From assembly GCA_045837725.1 (NCBI GenBank), contig JBEWZL010000047.1:1-64000 (forward strand): a stretch of 64,000 bases of DNA, in the 5' to 3' direction. Shown piece after piece: positions 1 through 13,342 of the stretch. Both the position numbers and the translations under genes were made by a program. The notes beneath the pieces were generated by a model, which searched no databases, was not told where the DNA came from, and saw nothing but the letters and a program-made list of their open reading frames with translations. Position 1 is the stretch's first letter. Each line of letters starts with the position of its first letter. This DNA is from Vermamoeba vermiformis (Eukaryota).

Positions 1-57
1 ATATCGCTATAAATTCCACTGCAAAGAGAGTAAAGTAAAAAGTTTACTATTTTAATG

Positions 58-497
58 TTACATTACGAGAGAAATAATAGGGACAAAGACACCAACGATG
101 ACACTAATGACAACAACAGTGGCATCAGACGATTTTCCAGCAGTGCATTGAGCATCGGTGCAGCCAATCTGCTTGCACGAGGAAACTTGAGCCGAGTACA
201 AAGTACCGTTACCTTCAGAGCACTTAGCTTGATCCTTCAAGCAAGTGAAGTAAGAAGGATAGCACGGGCACGTCTGAGAATAGTCGGTCATGTTGCTGGA
301 TTGACAGGCGTAGATCTTGCTCAAACAGTTGTTAGCGGCGTTTGCGTCTTGGCAACCGGTGCCCGATTGGCAAGAAACATAAGCGAGAATAGCAGCTGAT
401 TATAAGAAGCGTTAGCGTTTTTTTCTGCAGAAAAATACGGGATGGCCAACGGCATCCACGACTTACCAAAGATAGCGAGGTAGATAATAGATTTCAT
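58..497 (-). CDS. Small secreted Cys-rich protein, probably GPI- or membrane-anchored (2 exons)
   Basis: ATG at 497 (MKSIIYLAIF), then a GTAAGT...CAG intron, then AAILAYVSCQSGTGCQDANAANNCLSKIYAC... in frame with ORF 58..324. Hydrophobic N- and C-termini and many Cys. Confidence 0.75.
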
Positions 498-672
498 TAT
501 GTAGTTAGAGCAGTAGTATTGCTTGACGTATGGTACTGGCTTGATGGCACTAAATTATAATCATAAAAAGAAAAAATTCAAATTTATCGTTGGCGACTTA
601 AATTTATTACTTTAATTGACCAATAAAATGATTATTAAGCCTATTTAATGTCTATTATTAGATTTTATGGCT

Positions 673-3600
673 TTACTGATTCGGATCGCTCCGACCAGCG
701 GCGTTTGAAGAAAGTGACTAACTGTGGCTTGGATCCATTGAGTTGTCATTATTTTATTTACATTTTTAATCGCAAGACCGATAAGACGTCTAAATGGTTC
801 TTAACGTTACCTTTGAATACTGCGCAATTACGAGTGAATTTGTCTCGATTGTCACGTGTCAGGTTCGGATCAACTTGTTGCGTCAACATTTCAAACTGGA
901 TCTTCAACAGATCTTGCAACTGTTCGTTCGGTTGAGACGCGATCATCTTCGTAGCAATCGCTTGATATGCCTATAATATATAATTAGCATCATATAGCAA
1001 AAAACAACTTTTGATTCAAAGCTTAAGGTCGGAAAGACGGGCCGGCATTTGCAAAGAATAAATTGAATTTAATTGTAATTACCTGATTAAATAAGACCAA
1101 CATAGGCAATAGACACCTAGAGATATGCCACGACGATGTTTCGTTTTCTTCTAACATGAAAGCAATCATGATCCACAAGAACTCAGCTTCCATGTTAACC
1201 TAATTAGGAAACAACGGCATTTAATCAATGATTCAATTGTTGTTAAAATTAACTAGAAAAAACATACCTTTTGCAAGAAATTAATGGCTTGGTACTGCTG
1301 CGCTGTTTTTTCAGCAATATTTTGTTGTCGTCTTTCACGGTTACTGAGGTAAGGTCCGCCAGGTGCCACAGGGAAATTTGACGTGTTTTGTGCCTCACTC
1401 TGCGCTTGTCTAGCCGCGTTGAGTTCATTATAACACAACGTTAATAACGAGTCCAAAGCTGAGGTCGCGGCCTTGATCAGATCTTGGTTCGTTGAAGACA
1501 AGCCGCGGATGAGGATTTTGATCGATTGGTTCGATATGAACTGCACGGCGCTGTTCGGGTACTGCGTGCAAATGACTTCCAAACAGACGTAGATCTTTTG
1601 CTCCAACTTTGGGAACACATCCAAGCACTTGACAGGCAAGATATTAATGAGATTGATCACGCACGAGAGAATCGATTCGGCCGTGTTGTCAGCGAACAAT
1701 TGAAACACGCAGCTGTGAATCTGCACCAAGTTCTTGTTCATTAAGAATAGGAAGGCTTCGAGGACCGGAACCATGTCACGTGCCACCATGTCCAAGCCGT
1801 CGCTGGCCTCGTTGAATGAAATGGCTGCACTCGACATTTGCTGACTCGTGTTGAACCTGTGCAGCGCTGCAATATTCTCTTCGATTCGTTTCGCTGAAAA
1901 CAACACAAAGCCGGCCGTGTCCTTCCAAAATCGGTACAATGACGTCAGTTTGTCGTTGTTGCTCAATTCTCCACCGCGCAGATTGTGATTGTTGGCCATG
2001 ATAGAATTCGTCAATTTTAACACCGTGCGGATCATCTTCTGATAAACTAAAGGAGAAGATAACATTAGAAAATGTGGCTATTAATGCATGGAATGCGTAC
2101 CTTTGAACATTGGCGAATCGATGCCGACGCGTAGTGAGTTCAAGTACATGCACCAATCAAACAACGTGATGATAATTTTGTTGTCGTTGTAGATCCAGTC
2201 GAAAAACAAGTTGTTGTTAAGAACAGTATTGACTGACGTAGCGAAGGCAACCAACTCGACTAACAAATTCCTGACTTCATTCTACGTCACCAATATCACA
2301 TTAGTTTCAGCCAATCAGAACGCAGAATCAAATCTTACCATCATTCGATCGTTAATATTTCCGCTCTTCATCTCATTATCGATGGCATCAATTCGTTGCA
2401 GAAAAGCATTGACAAATCCAGCGAAGTACTTGGTACTAATAGCCGAATCAGAGAACAAAATCTTGCTCATAATCTTCGAGAACATCTTTCGGGACTGTCC
2501 GAGCTCTAACTTCTGATGATGTTCCAACAAATGAATGATCAACGGCGAGTTGAAATTGAATTGGAACTTGGAGCGTGAAGGAATGCTCGTGTTTTGATAA
2601 TCAATCATTTGCAAGAGTAAGTGTTGCGTGGCACTATTGACGTCCTCTTGTTTGCCCCAGTACTGGAAGTTGAACAAACTGCAAAAAAAAAAATCGAGCG
2701 TGAGACATTAGGTCCTATGTAAAATAAAAATTAAATGACACTTACATTTTCGACAAAATGGCGTCAAAGAACTCGTTAAATCCACCGAGATCATACGTGA
2801 ACTCGTTGTTATTCTTGAACTCAGTCAATACTTCACCGACATATTCTTCTGAAAATTGATAACGACCAGGCATCAGTCTGTTCAAGAAGAATGAAAAGAA
2901 GTTGATAAATGCAAGCTCCAAGATGTGCGTGCACGGCGTGATTGGCGTCACTGGATTGGCACCACGTGACACCGTTCGAATTTCATGAATGCGTTCAGTT
3001 GTAACAGCTGTCACGGCCTATCAAATGACATGTTAGCTATCATATTAGAGTCCTTACTTATCGACTTACGAGGTGAACGTCAATCTGCTTCATCGAGGCC
3101 CAATTCACGGCCGCCGTTGCAGCAGCAAGTTCAGTGCTGAAACGACCATCGCGCTCCTTGAGAACGCAGCCGCAAATTTGAATTAACCACGCCAATTGAC
3201 CTATTTACATGAGGTTACGACTATCATATGAAGCATCTATGTACTTACGTTCGATGGTGGCTATGCGAGAAATGTCATAGGCGACTTTTCCGCCCACAAT
3301 GTCCTTGTAGACAGCCATAATCTCGCGCAAGTTGGTCAATAAATAAGTGCCAATAGAGCTGTACTCGCATCGTCCCAACAAACACAAGCTCTCGTAGAAT
3401 GATTGATATTGTCCTCCGTCATTCGAATCTGCGTTACTTCTGACAACAAGATCCAATAAGATCTCTTCACCTTGTTCAGAACTCATTTGTTCCATCAAGA
3501 ACTTGACAAAATTTTTGAAGATCTACGAGGGAAGGGGTCAGTTTTGCGGATCTTGACAACGAAAGTGAAGCTTACCTCCGGTACAATGCTCTCTAAGTAC

Positions 3601-5716
3601 GTAGGAGGTTGTGCGCTAGGACTAATAAATGTCCTGCTGTGCACTAGCCTAGCCCAGAAATTGAACAAATAAATGAGTGAGTTGATAGCGCCGTCGAACG
3701 AGGTTCGCAGCTTAGCAAAATTGTTGATGGTGAATGTAGCAATGCTGTGGATCCAGTCCTTGTAACAAGGAATGGCCGAGAGTTGTCGGATGGAGTAGTT
3801 CGTCTTTAGCCGTACTAACAAACGAACAAACTCGTGCACATTGGCCTCGACCTCAAACCCTACAAAATGGCACGTGTCAGAAATACCGAGCTTTTTTCAT
3901 GAAATTCCGTACCTCTATTAGAATTGATGATATTGATCATGGCCATGTACATATTATACAAAAACTTGTCACGTGCTTCCGCGTTCGAGAAAATTGAAAT
4001 TCGCAACGAGGCTACTTGGACCATGATTTCCAAAGCCTATTAATAGAGTTAGCTTGGCGTATATATTGTGATATCAACGTACCCTAGTAGAGTGCGGTGC
4101 TCCCATTTTCAAGTAGCACGCCATCAACAAGTCAGGCAATGCTGTCCGTCCTTGCCTCTCTTCAAGTGTCTCGTTCCACGACAAAGGCACGTTGATGATA
4201 TTAGGCTCATCGTTCTCAGACAATAATAAACTGCTATTAGCAAAGCCACTGCCACCATAAGTACCTGAAGAGCTTATTAGAATTGAACTATAGTGAGTTC
4301 ATGAAGACGCACCTAACGCCGAGTAATCGTATTTGAAGATTGTCAGCAACAGTTCTAAAACAATATTAAGCATTTCATTCTGTTGGCTAGCTTCTGCTGG
4401 CTGAGTCATTGGCGGCATTTTCATAATTTGATCAAATACGGTCATAACTTCTTCCAAAATAGGCAATAAAAACACGTCTCTGAAAGTCGTTGTAATCTTT
4501 CTTCCGTTCGCCATACTTCGGGACACACTCGAGGTTGTTTTAACGCACGCACGTGACATCTCGTCAATGACTTGATTGGCCAACGATAACGAGATGATCT
4601 TGTGCGGCATCGAGGGCCACTCGCGCATCCTTCGCATCATCTCAATCAACCAATATTCTTTCTTAGTATCGCCTCCTAATGTCAATGCTATAACAAGTCG
4701 TTAATGACCGTCAATGTGAATAAGAATTGAACTGAGCTTACTGGAAATTAATTGTTCTAGCTTAGCTGTAATGCTCGAGTCTGACGGGATCCATTCTTTA
4801 CTTTCATCCAGCCACGTGCTCGTTGATAAAGCCGCGACTAGTTTGCAAGCACCAGTACGTGCTAAATTGATTTGTTGCTTTGCTTGAATTCCTTGGGTCG
4901 TGCCCCATAACACGTGTACTTTTGAGAATATTATTTCAACAACCTTATTACCTAAAATGATTTGCCTAATTAGTACTCGCGTATAATAATACATATGTAT
5001 ACATGCAGGTAAGGTGGTTTAATATAAAGTATAGCAAATCAACAATGACGGCAAAAATGCAACACAAAAGTAATTCAAAAGAAATTAGCAGAAAATTGGT
5101 GGGAGGTAATTACGTGATCAAAAGCGTGAATAATATGCTATTATAATTATATCAATAAATTGATGACGAATTATTCAGTAGAATTTGAAAACTTTTCACT
5201 TACGCAGACCCAGCTTGTCAGTGAGGCTGAATGACGATGGAAAATTATTAATAATGTTCGTAATATTGAGGCATGCGAAGTGGATTGCAAATGGGTCTTG
5301 AGTGTGGGCTAATAATCCAATGTTCGGGTAAACTATGTCTAAGATCTGGCTAGTTGGTACTGAGTCCAGTTCTTGGGAACCAATAGCACGAGACGGTGGT
5401 ACTAATTGTTTTAAGAAATTGAATGACTGCTGCCTATGAAAATAAATACTATTAAGACCAGATGCTAAAAAATTTAAATAGATCCTTTTCTTTTAAACCA
5501 AAAAAAGCGGTAAAATTATTATAGATAGATTAACGTATACAAATGCATATTATATTATTTCTAATCATAATTTTCAACAAGTAAAATTCTGGAAGCAAAA
5601 AGGCGCCACGCAAAAGACTTGACTTTTCTTCATTCATTAACTCATTACCTTTCCTCATTAGAGTTCGATGAGTAGCATCTGATTACGTGTTTCTCTAAGC
5701 CTGCCAGGTCATTCAT
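673..5716 (-). CDS. XPO7: Exportin-7 / RanBP16-17-like karyopherin (multi-exon)
   Basis: N-term MNDLAGLEKHVIRCY. HEFVRLLVRLKTNY matches XPO7 HEFCRLLARLKSNY; also YLFNFWARLVHS and YWG. C-term LTRDNRDKFTRN matches LLTKNRDRFTQN. Many GT-AG introns. Confidence 0.85.
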
Positions 5717-5933
5717 GGCGAAGAGTACTAAATATTTGATGGAATGAATTTGAAACAAAAAAAATGATTTTTCTTGAAGTTCCGGATCTTGCCTAAATAG
5801 GAACCACGGTGCAGTGACTGCATATCAGTTCTCTATGAGATGAGAGGGTGCGCGTAGTTATTTTAGTGGTTTGGTTTATTTTAACAACATTGCGAAGTTT
5901 TAGACGATTTTTATTACGATATTATTTACTAAA

Positions 5934-8120
5934 TTATTTTTCGGACTTCTTCTTCTTGGAAGATCTGTAAGTGCCACCAACAACGGCGTGATCACGCTCG
6001 TAAGGTTCTAAAGAGATTTGTTCTTTGGGCTTGAATTGAACCTTCTTCAACTCAGCGACTTGTTGGGCAAAGACGACTTCAGGGGCAGCAGTTGAGTCGA
6101 TGCAGTTAGCCTTAATGGAGATCAAGAAGTGACCACCGTTCTTCAAGAAGTGTTGAGCGTTGATAGTCAAAATACGGGCTTGATCGGGTTGAGCAACGTC
6201 TTGGAAGATAACGTCGACCATAGGGACCAACATTCTGTACTTTTGAGGGTATCTATCGGAGAAAAGTTAGCTACTATTCATTCGAGGCATGTAAGTGAGC
6301 TTGTAGCTCGTTAAATAAACTAATTTGAAAGCTGATCGGGATCGGATCAAGACATACCTAGCGTCCTCAATAATGGGGATAACGTTGGTTCTCTTCTTGG
6401 CAACTTCGATAAGATCACGACCGCTACGGTGAGACAACTCAACAGCGTAGACTGTACCTTCCTAGAGACAAAACAAAAGTCAGATCAAGGTCACGATCAG
6501 GTCAGATTCGCAAAACTTACGGGGCCAACAATATCGGCAACGTGAGAAACAGTAGTACCAGAGGCAGCACCCAAGTACAAGACCTTGGATCCAGGCTTAA
6601 TGTAAATTTCTGAGATACCACCAGCAACGGCAGCAGCCAACTTGGATCTACAAGCGAGGTTTAGTAAGGGTTCCGAAAGTAGTTACGAATAGCAACAAAG
6701 TAAAAATATTCATCACCGTAGTAAATACATAAAATCATGGGCTAATCACGTATAGTGTATAATCATAATAAGATACAGATCGCGCATTCTGGATGCGCTT
6801 CGAAAAAGAGTAGTTACCTGAAAGGATTCCATTGTCTGTATTCCTTCTTGACGCCATCGGCTTCAACTGTAACTCTCTTTTCACCGTAAACGGATTCACC
6901 AGTGGCGATGTTCAAAGTGAGCAAGTTGTCCTAAACACGACAGGTTAGCTTGCAGTCGAAGGAATGAAGACCAGTGACGATCTAATATATGATCTCATAG
7001 GGTGTTCCTATTAAGATATGAATACAAAAGACTTACCTGAGTTTTACCACGGGCAACGAAGATACCATCAAGACGATGCTTCTCAACGGTAACCTTTTGA
7101 CCACCTACGCAATTATGTTAATAACCGAGGGATTTGGTATAGTTAAGCAACGCTGATCAAGCGCTGTTTAAATAAATAATTTCTAAAATTAAAGGGAATA
7201 TTTGATATTTTTGGTTGATCGAGATCGAAGCTTACCCTTCATGCCACCTTTGCCGCCACGGCCGCCTCCACGACCACCACGGCCACCGCGACCACCGCGA
7301 TCACCACCGCGACCACCACGGCCACCGAATCCACCGCGACCACGATCGCCGCCGAATCCACCACGACCACCACGATCGCCACCGAATCCTCCTCGGCCAC
7401 CGCGAACACCACCGCCGCGTGGGCCACCAGGGCTACCAAAACCACCGCGGGAAGCACCGCGACCGGGACCACCAAAACCACCTCGTCCTGAAATAAAAAG
7501 CGGATTTAGTAAAGAACAATTAGAACTGACATGGTTAAGCTGTATTTATGATCACGAAGTACGTGGGTAAAAGTAATGATCGTGCACTAATTATTAAATT
7601 ATTGTGATGCACCAAGTAAATTAGTTAATCCATCCTGGATCGGGATTCAAAAATCAGACACAGCGACCAATAGTAAATAGTTAGCAACCAAAAATCGATG
7701 ATACGATTATCGTGTAGCCAATATTTAACTTGGGGGCTGATAACGATTTCTGAATCCTCGATCAAAAAAGGATGCAGATCAGCGATTTAATTTCCAGACG
7801 GCCAAAAAAATAAGCCAAGCTTCCACAATGACCTAAAAATTGTATACGATCGAATGGTAGTGGTAGAGCACGATAAAAATTGCTGGTACCACCTAACCAC
7901 TTTTCGCATTCGAGATGCAAAAAGATTTCGAACCAAATACTCTTTGTTAAATCATTGCGCAAGTCTAGCCATCGTAACAATAATTCAGCTTCTCCAGTCT
8001 CTAATTAATCGAGCCTGTGGAACGTTGCAAAGGGCCATCTGGATTTTGGGTCTCGATGCGGGCGTGATCACAAAATACAACGAAAGAGCTGCGTCGTAAA
8101 AGCTTACCTAAGGAAGACAT
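5934..8120 (-). CDS. FBL: Fibrillarin / Nop1 rRNA 2'-O-methyltransferase
   Basis: GAR/RGG exon 7237-7488. Motifs [54 protein letters not shown]. Tiny first exon MSSL at 8120 followed by a ~620-nt first intron. Confidence 0.97.
7838..7980 (-). ncRNA. Candidate intronic box H/ACA snoRNA
   Basis: On the minus strand: hairpin TTGTTA..TAACAA, H-box AGAGTA, hairpin TCGAATG..GTGGTA..TACCAC..CATTCGA, then ACA+3 nt. About 140 nt, in fibrillarin intron 1, sense to the host gene. Confidence 0.4.
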
Positions 8121-8590
8121 TATATACTGTTGTAACACTCGAAAGGTAACGAAAAAATAGCGACTCTGACAAAAACAAAATACGGCCCAAGCGAGGCCGT
8201 TTGTGATTGGTCCATTTTGTTCGCAATGTCAGGAGCTTACAGAACGTTCCAGTGCATCAAAACGGCATCCGAAACAATTCTTCTAGAAGTGAAGACCATG
8301 TTTGCGGACTTTTGAATAATAATCAGTTTTACCAAGCACGATCTGGATGTCGCGATCTGTGCACGATCGATCACAGGTAACGGTACGAAAAGCGCCAGGC
8401 TAGTGCACAAACGTTTGTTTATTTGTACACGTAAGCTATTTTGATTAATTTTTCTGATGAATAAACATGCTAATGGCTGTTCTCTAATGTACAATGAACT
8501 AACTTTGAACGAGCCAATAATTACAACAAAATTTTAAACACTCGTAAAAGCATCACGTACGAATGCAATGGTGTGGTGGCACTGAACTTT

Positions 8591-10088
8591 TTATACTTCG
8601 TATTTGGTCTGATTGCCCCATGATTTGTTTGAACGCAAGGACTCGCGGTGATCTTGGAAGCCAAGCGAGACATTTTCAATGCCCAGGAGTTCCTTGAGTC
8701 GAGCACTATAGTGACATATCGATTAGTAGGTGTTTTAGAAGATACAATGGTAGATACAAGCGGAGCAAAAGCTTTGTAAAAGATCCAAGAACAGCAAGCG
8801 GGCACGCGTGTTTCAGAGCTTCGCGTGGCTTTACAATTATAGATAATTGATAGCGGTATGCAATATATGATAGTAGGCAACAACTATAACAATAATTTTA
8901 ACTAGCGAGAACTTACCCAATACGTCTCATAGCACCTTCGTCGTCAGAATCAGCAGTCCAAAGGGACAACTTGTCCTGCTGCTTGCGGACACTCATAACG
9001 AGGCCGTTGATCTTGTCGCTGTCAGTGAAGTCTTCTCCAATAACAGCAAGGATCTAAATAGACAGATTAGTTCAAAGTCGGCTTGAAAGCAGCATTGCAA
9101 TCGCAAAACGGAAAATTAAGGAAAAGTCTTAATTCTTGTGAGAATTGTCTTATGAAAGAGTAACTACTGGAATAATTTAATATGTGGCGTGGTAATACCG
9201 TCAATCGACGGCGCTGAAGATTGCTGCTTACTACGTGGTCTTGCGAATCCCACCGTAAAACTAACAACCTTCAAGTAAAATTGAAAATAATACGCATTAT
9301 ATTTTTGAAATATTAACGACGTGGAAAATTCGAATGAGCGAGTACGGAAAAATAATTAGTGAACGGATTCGATCCTTACTGCAAAGAGCCATAATTGGTC
9401 TAGACTCGCGCGCTGTTTAGCAGGGAATTGGACTGTCCACTTGCCTCCATTAGCGTTAGCTACATCTTCCCATTTGGGCTCAATACCGGTCTTAAAGAGA
9501 TGGTAATTGCTGCCCAAAGGTAATTGAGATGCAGGAACGATGTTGTTAAAAAGGCTAAAAATTTACTTAATATTAGTACCGTGTATATATATCATAATTA
9601 CATCGATTTTCTTACCCCCAGAAGTCTTCGACCTACGCCCGAATAAAAAAAGTAATTAATAAATTAATTAATGAATTCATGGATGTACGTCATGACGATA
9701 AGCTGTGGAACAATATCATGTACTTGATATTGATCTAGGTACTTACCGAAGCAAAAGTAAACACTTGCTTCAAGTTCTGACTCCAGTTTTTAGCTGAAAT
9801 TTAGTTGTTTTGTTAGATCTCCATTAAAATGAGAAATTCATCGCGCTGTTATGACTTACAATTAGTCTTATGACCGGGATTGTCGAACCATAATGTCCAA
9901 GAATTTTGGAGTGGATGTTTGATCGCGAAATCCTTCCCGACCGTCATGGGCTCGACTTCTTTCTTTTCGACTTCATTAGGCATAAAAATGATTCTGCTGC
10001 TAGGGGAGCTGCTAGGTTTAGCTTGCTCGTTCATGTGGATGTCGAAGAATGAAGATGTAGTGTTGGGGGATGAGCTTTGGATTTCCAT
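8591..10088 (-). CDS. EIF4E: Translation initiation factor 4E
   Basis: KHPLQNSWTLWFD, EDFW, NYHLFKTGIEPKWED..NANGGKW, GLVMSVRKQQDKLSLWT; last exon ARLKELLG...TKYEV*. Confidence 0.95.
9180..9296 (-). ncRNA. Weak candidate intronic H/ACA-like RNA
   Basis: In an unusually long eIF4E intron: TGCG..CGCA stem, AGACCA (ANANNA), stem CGTAGTAA/TTACCACG topped by CCGTC-GATT-GACGG, then ACA-TAT. Confidence 0.3.
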
Positions 10089-10276
10089 GGCTTGGGTGTG
10101 GTTCTTTGGGTTATATTACAATAAAAGAACAAGTACTTATAAATACAATATAAAATATATACAAGAATAAATAGTCTCGGCGGAGGTGTTGTCGATGGTT
10201 TTGTTTGGGTTTGAAAAATAAAATTTTGCGTCGCTTTCATTTCCGACCAATCCAAATCAGACCCACAGCACAAGGG

Positions 10277-13105
10277 ATGAGTAATTTGACTGAAAAGCAA
10301 CGCGCTGCGTTGGAGGAAAGACATCCTGATGAGCTTGATGATGATCTTATCCATCCTGATGAAATTAAGCCTGTTGAAAAACCCACGCAAGAGATCCAGC
10401 AAAATCTGATCGAAGAAGAGCCCGAAGAGTATGCTAACGAAGATAACGAAGAAGAATATTATGACAGCGAAGAAGACGATGATTATTATTTCTACGATGA
10501 AGAGGATGTCACCGCAACCGGTAATTATTTTGTTTTACTGCATTATGACGAATTAGTGTATTATCACCATTTGTCAATGCACTTATTTTTATTATTTAAT
10601 TTAGTACATTTAATTGTGTGAATTTTGGTTATGTTGGATCGATCCACCCTTTTTCTCAGGCGATCTGGCCGCCGATCCATTTTATATAATTTTGTAACCA
10701 CTCAATAATAATTTTATTATTTTCAGTGGGTCCAAACTCGTCAATTAAAAGATTCCAACCCCAAACAACCACGAGTATGGCTGGATTGGATCGCAAGATC
10801 AACTTGAGCACGTTGCACCTCGAAGAAGAAACAAAGAACCTGCCTAGTGAAGCATCGAGTGCAGTTAAAGAACATCAACGAAAAGATAACGCGAACAGAA
10901 TTCGAGTTACTGAAAAAGCTGATCGAGCGACTACTGAACAAGTCTTGGATCCAAGAACTCGCATGGTCTTATATAAAATGATTAATAAGAAAGTATTTAC
11001 TGAAATTAACGGTTGCGTATCTACCGGTAAAGAAGTAAGTCACTATCTGCTATTCAACTATTACTTAATACGCAAAATCATTCCTTGTTACATGATCTTA
11101 ACGTATATTATTAGGCTAATGTATATCATGCCACTACTGGCGAAGGAGGCGATGAACTTGCAGTCAAGATCTACAAAACTTCAATTCTCGTGTTCAAAGA
11201 TCGCGTACGTTAAGATCATAATAATGACTTCCAATCGAGACCATTAAACTCATATACTTCATAGGACCGCTACGTCACAGGAGAGTTCCGTTTCAGAAAA
11301 GGTTACGCCAAGCACAACCCGAGAAAAATGGTTCGATTGTGGGCCGAGAAAGAAATGCGTAACTTACTGAGGTACGTCCTAATAATCAATATAGCAATAT
11401 CAAGCATGCAATGGTACTTACTTGTTTATTAGATTAAATCAAGCTGGTATTCCGAGTCCTAAGCCTGTTTTATTGAAAATGCACGTGCTCGTAATGACCT
11501 TCATTGGCAAACAAGGCTGGTACGTACAACGAGTCCTATGAGATTGAATAGAGTCTTATATATTATTAGGGCTGCCCCTCGTTTAAAAGACGCTGAATTG
11601 GAGTTGAGCAAGTACGAGGAGTGTTACTTACAAATGGTCCGAATCATGCGCACGCTGTACCATACTTGTCGATTAGTGCACGCAGATTTGTCCGAATATA
11701 ACATTCTGTAAGCATATTAGTTAATACAAAGTCCTATAATTAACATTTGGTAACGCAGGTATTACAAGGGAAAGTGCTACATTATTGACGTTTCGCAATC
11801 CGTGGAACACGACCATCCGCACGCTTTGGAATTTTTGCGTATGGATTGCTATAATATTACAGTATTTTTCCGCAAGAAGGGCGTCACTCCTATGCGCACT
11901 AAAGAGTTGTTTGATTTCGTTACCGATCTGTCGATCACCGACGTTGATGCGTACTTGCAAAAGGTTTGTTTGATAGAATACATTGCACTAAGCTTGAAAT
12001 ATTTACTAATATCATATTAGATGCAAGAGGTTGTCTCTAATCGTGTACATAACCAAGTTGAGGAAGAGGCAGAAGATGAAGTGTTCAGACAGATCTACAT
12101 TCCACGCACGCTCGAAGAAGTTATTGATTACGAGCAAGACATCGAAAAGGCTGGAAGAGGTGACCAGGTAAGTAAATGTATCATATGCACGCGTGATGCA
12201 CAACGATACAAGAGTAGTTTATGTCCTTTGAAACACGTGATTAACAAGACTCTGTTTACACCAGTTGTCGTACTTGAAACTGACGGGAGTCAAGTTGTCG
12301 TCACAAGACAACGAAGAAGAGACACCTAAAAAGGAGGTCAAGGCCACAGAAAAGAAAAAGACAGTCAAAAAGTCAACGACAAGTACCGCTGCTACCACTG
12401 CTGAAAAAGAACCTGCCAAAGCTACAGCGGCACCCAAAAAGACGACCAAGACCAAGTCTAGTGCTACAGCCGAGACTAAGACTACGAGCGACAAGCCGGC
12501 AGTCAAGAAGGATACGATGGACATGAACAGTATCATGGCAATGTTGCCCAAAATCGATACTCAAACTCCTGCCGCCGAACCAGGTTTGTTACAGCATACG
12601 CCAGGAACGATTCATACTAACGAATACAAGCAGATAAGACACCAGAAAAGAAGAAAGTCACAAAAGCACCCAAGGCAGCTAAGGCAGTCAAACCAGTCGA
12701 AGTGGCTGCGAAAGAAGAGTCCGAAGAGAGTGGCGAAGAGTCGAGCGAAGAAGACTCTGAAACTGAAAGTGAGAGCGATGATGAGCTGCGTGAGGGTGAA
12801 GACGAAGAGGGACGCAAGAAGCGCATGTTGAAGAAGGAAGAAGATAAAGCTGAAAAGAAGGTACGTAGCTGGATCCGTTCGAACTTTTCGAAATTATTTG
12901 TTTCGTATTATTTAAATTATCAAACGGATGCTTTGGCAATATTTTGGCCACCAGAATAATATTAATAGACCGTTTATGGATCTGATCTTCGATTCTTTAG
13001 GCTCGTAAGAAAGAAGCCAAGCTTGCTCAACGAGAGCGACGAAAGACGAAGATGCCAAAGCATTTGAAGAAACGAAAACAAAAGATAACGAAACAAAAGA
13101 AGTAA
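10277..13105 (+). CDS. RIO1: RIO1 atypical kinase (40S maturation)
   Basis: [82 protein letters not shown]; Lys-rich C-terminus. The start codon could lie slightly upstream. Confidence 0.95.
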
Positions 13106-13342
13106 AAGCCTGATAAATTATATTTTTGCCTTGTTCAAATTTATTTTCAAGGTCATCTTAATAACCCCAAACAAGCCTCGAATAGATTTTAAATACTCTA
13201 ACTAAGGATGAGTGTTCTATCGACGGTACAATTCAGAAAGATATGGAGAGTAATGAGAAAACCCTTGAGAAAGCTATTGAATTTGGCTGTCACCTGCACG
13301 GTCACTGCTAACTTACCGTGACGATATTGAACCATCACCGAG

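Noticed and set aside
6705-6780. Possible box C/D snoRNA in a fibrillarin intron (TTACTACGGT could pair with SSU rRNA ACCGUAGUAA)
   Set aside because: Only 10 nt of complementarity, no canonical CUGA box D and no terminal stem; too weak to call.
7202-7570. Pro/Arg-rich, His-rich and Val-rich ORFs
   Set aside because: Alternative-frame and antisense shadows of the fibrillarin RGG exon.
12265-12959. Separate K/T/A-rich and acidic ORFs
   Set aside because: They are exons of the RIO1 low-complexity C-terminus joined by GT-AG introns.
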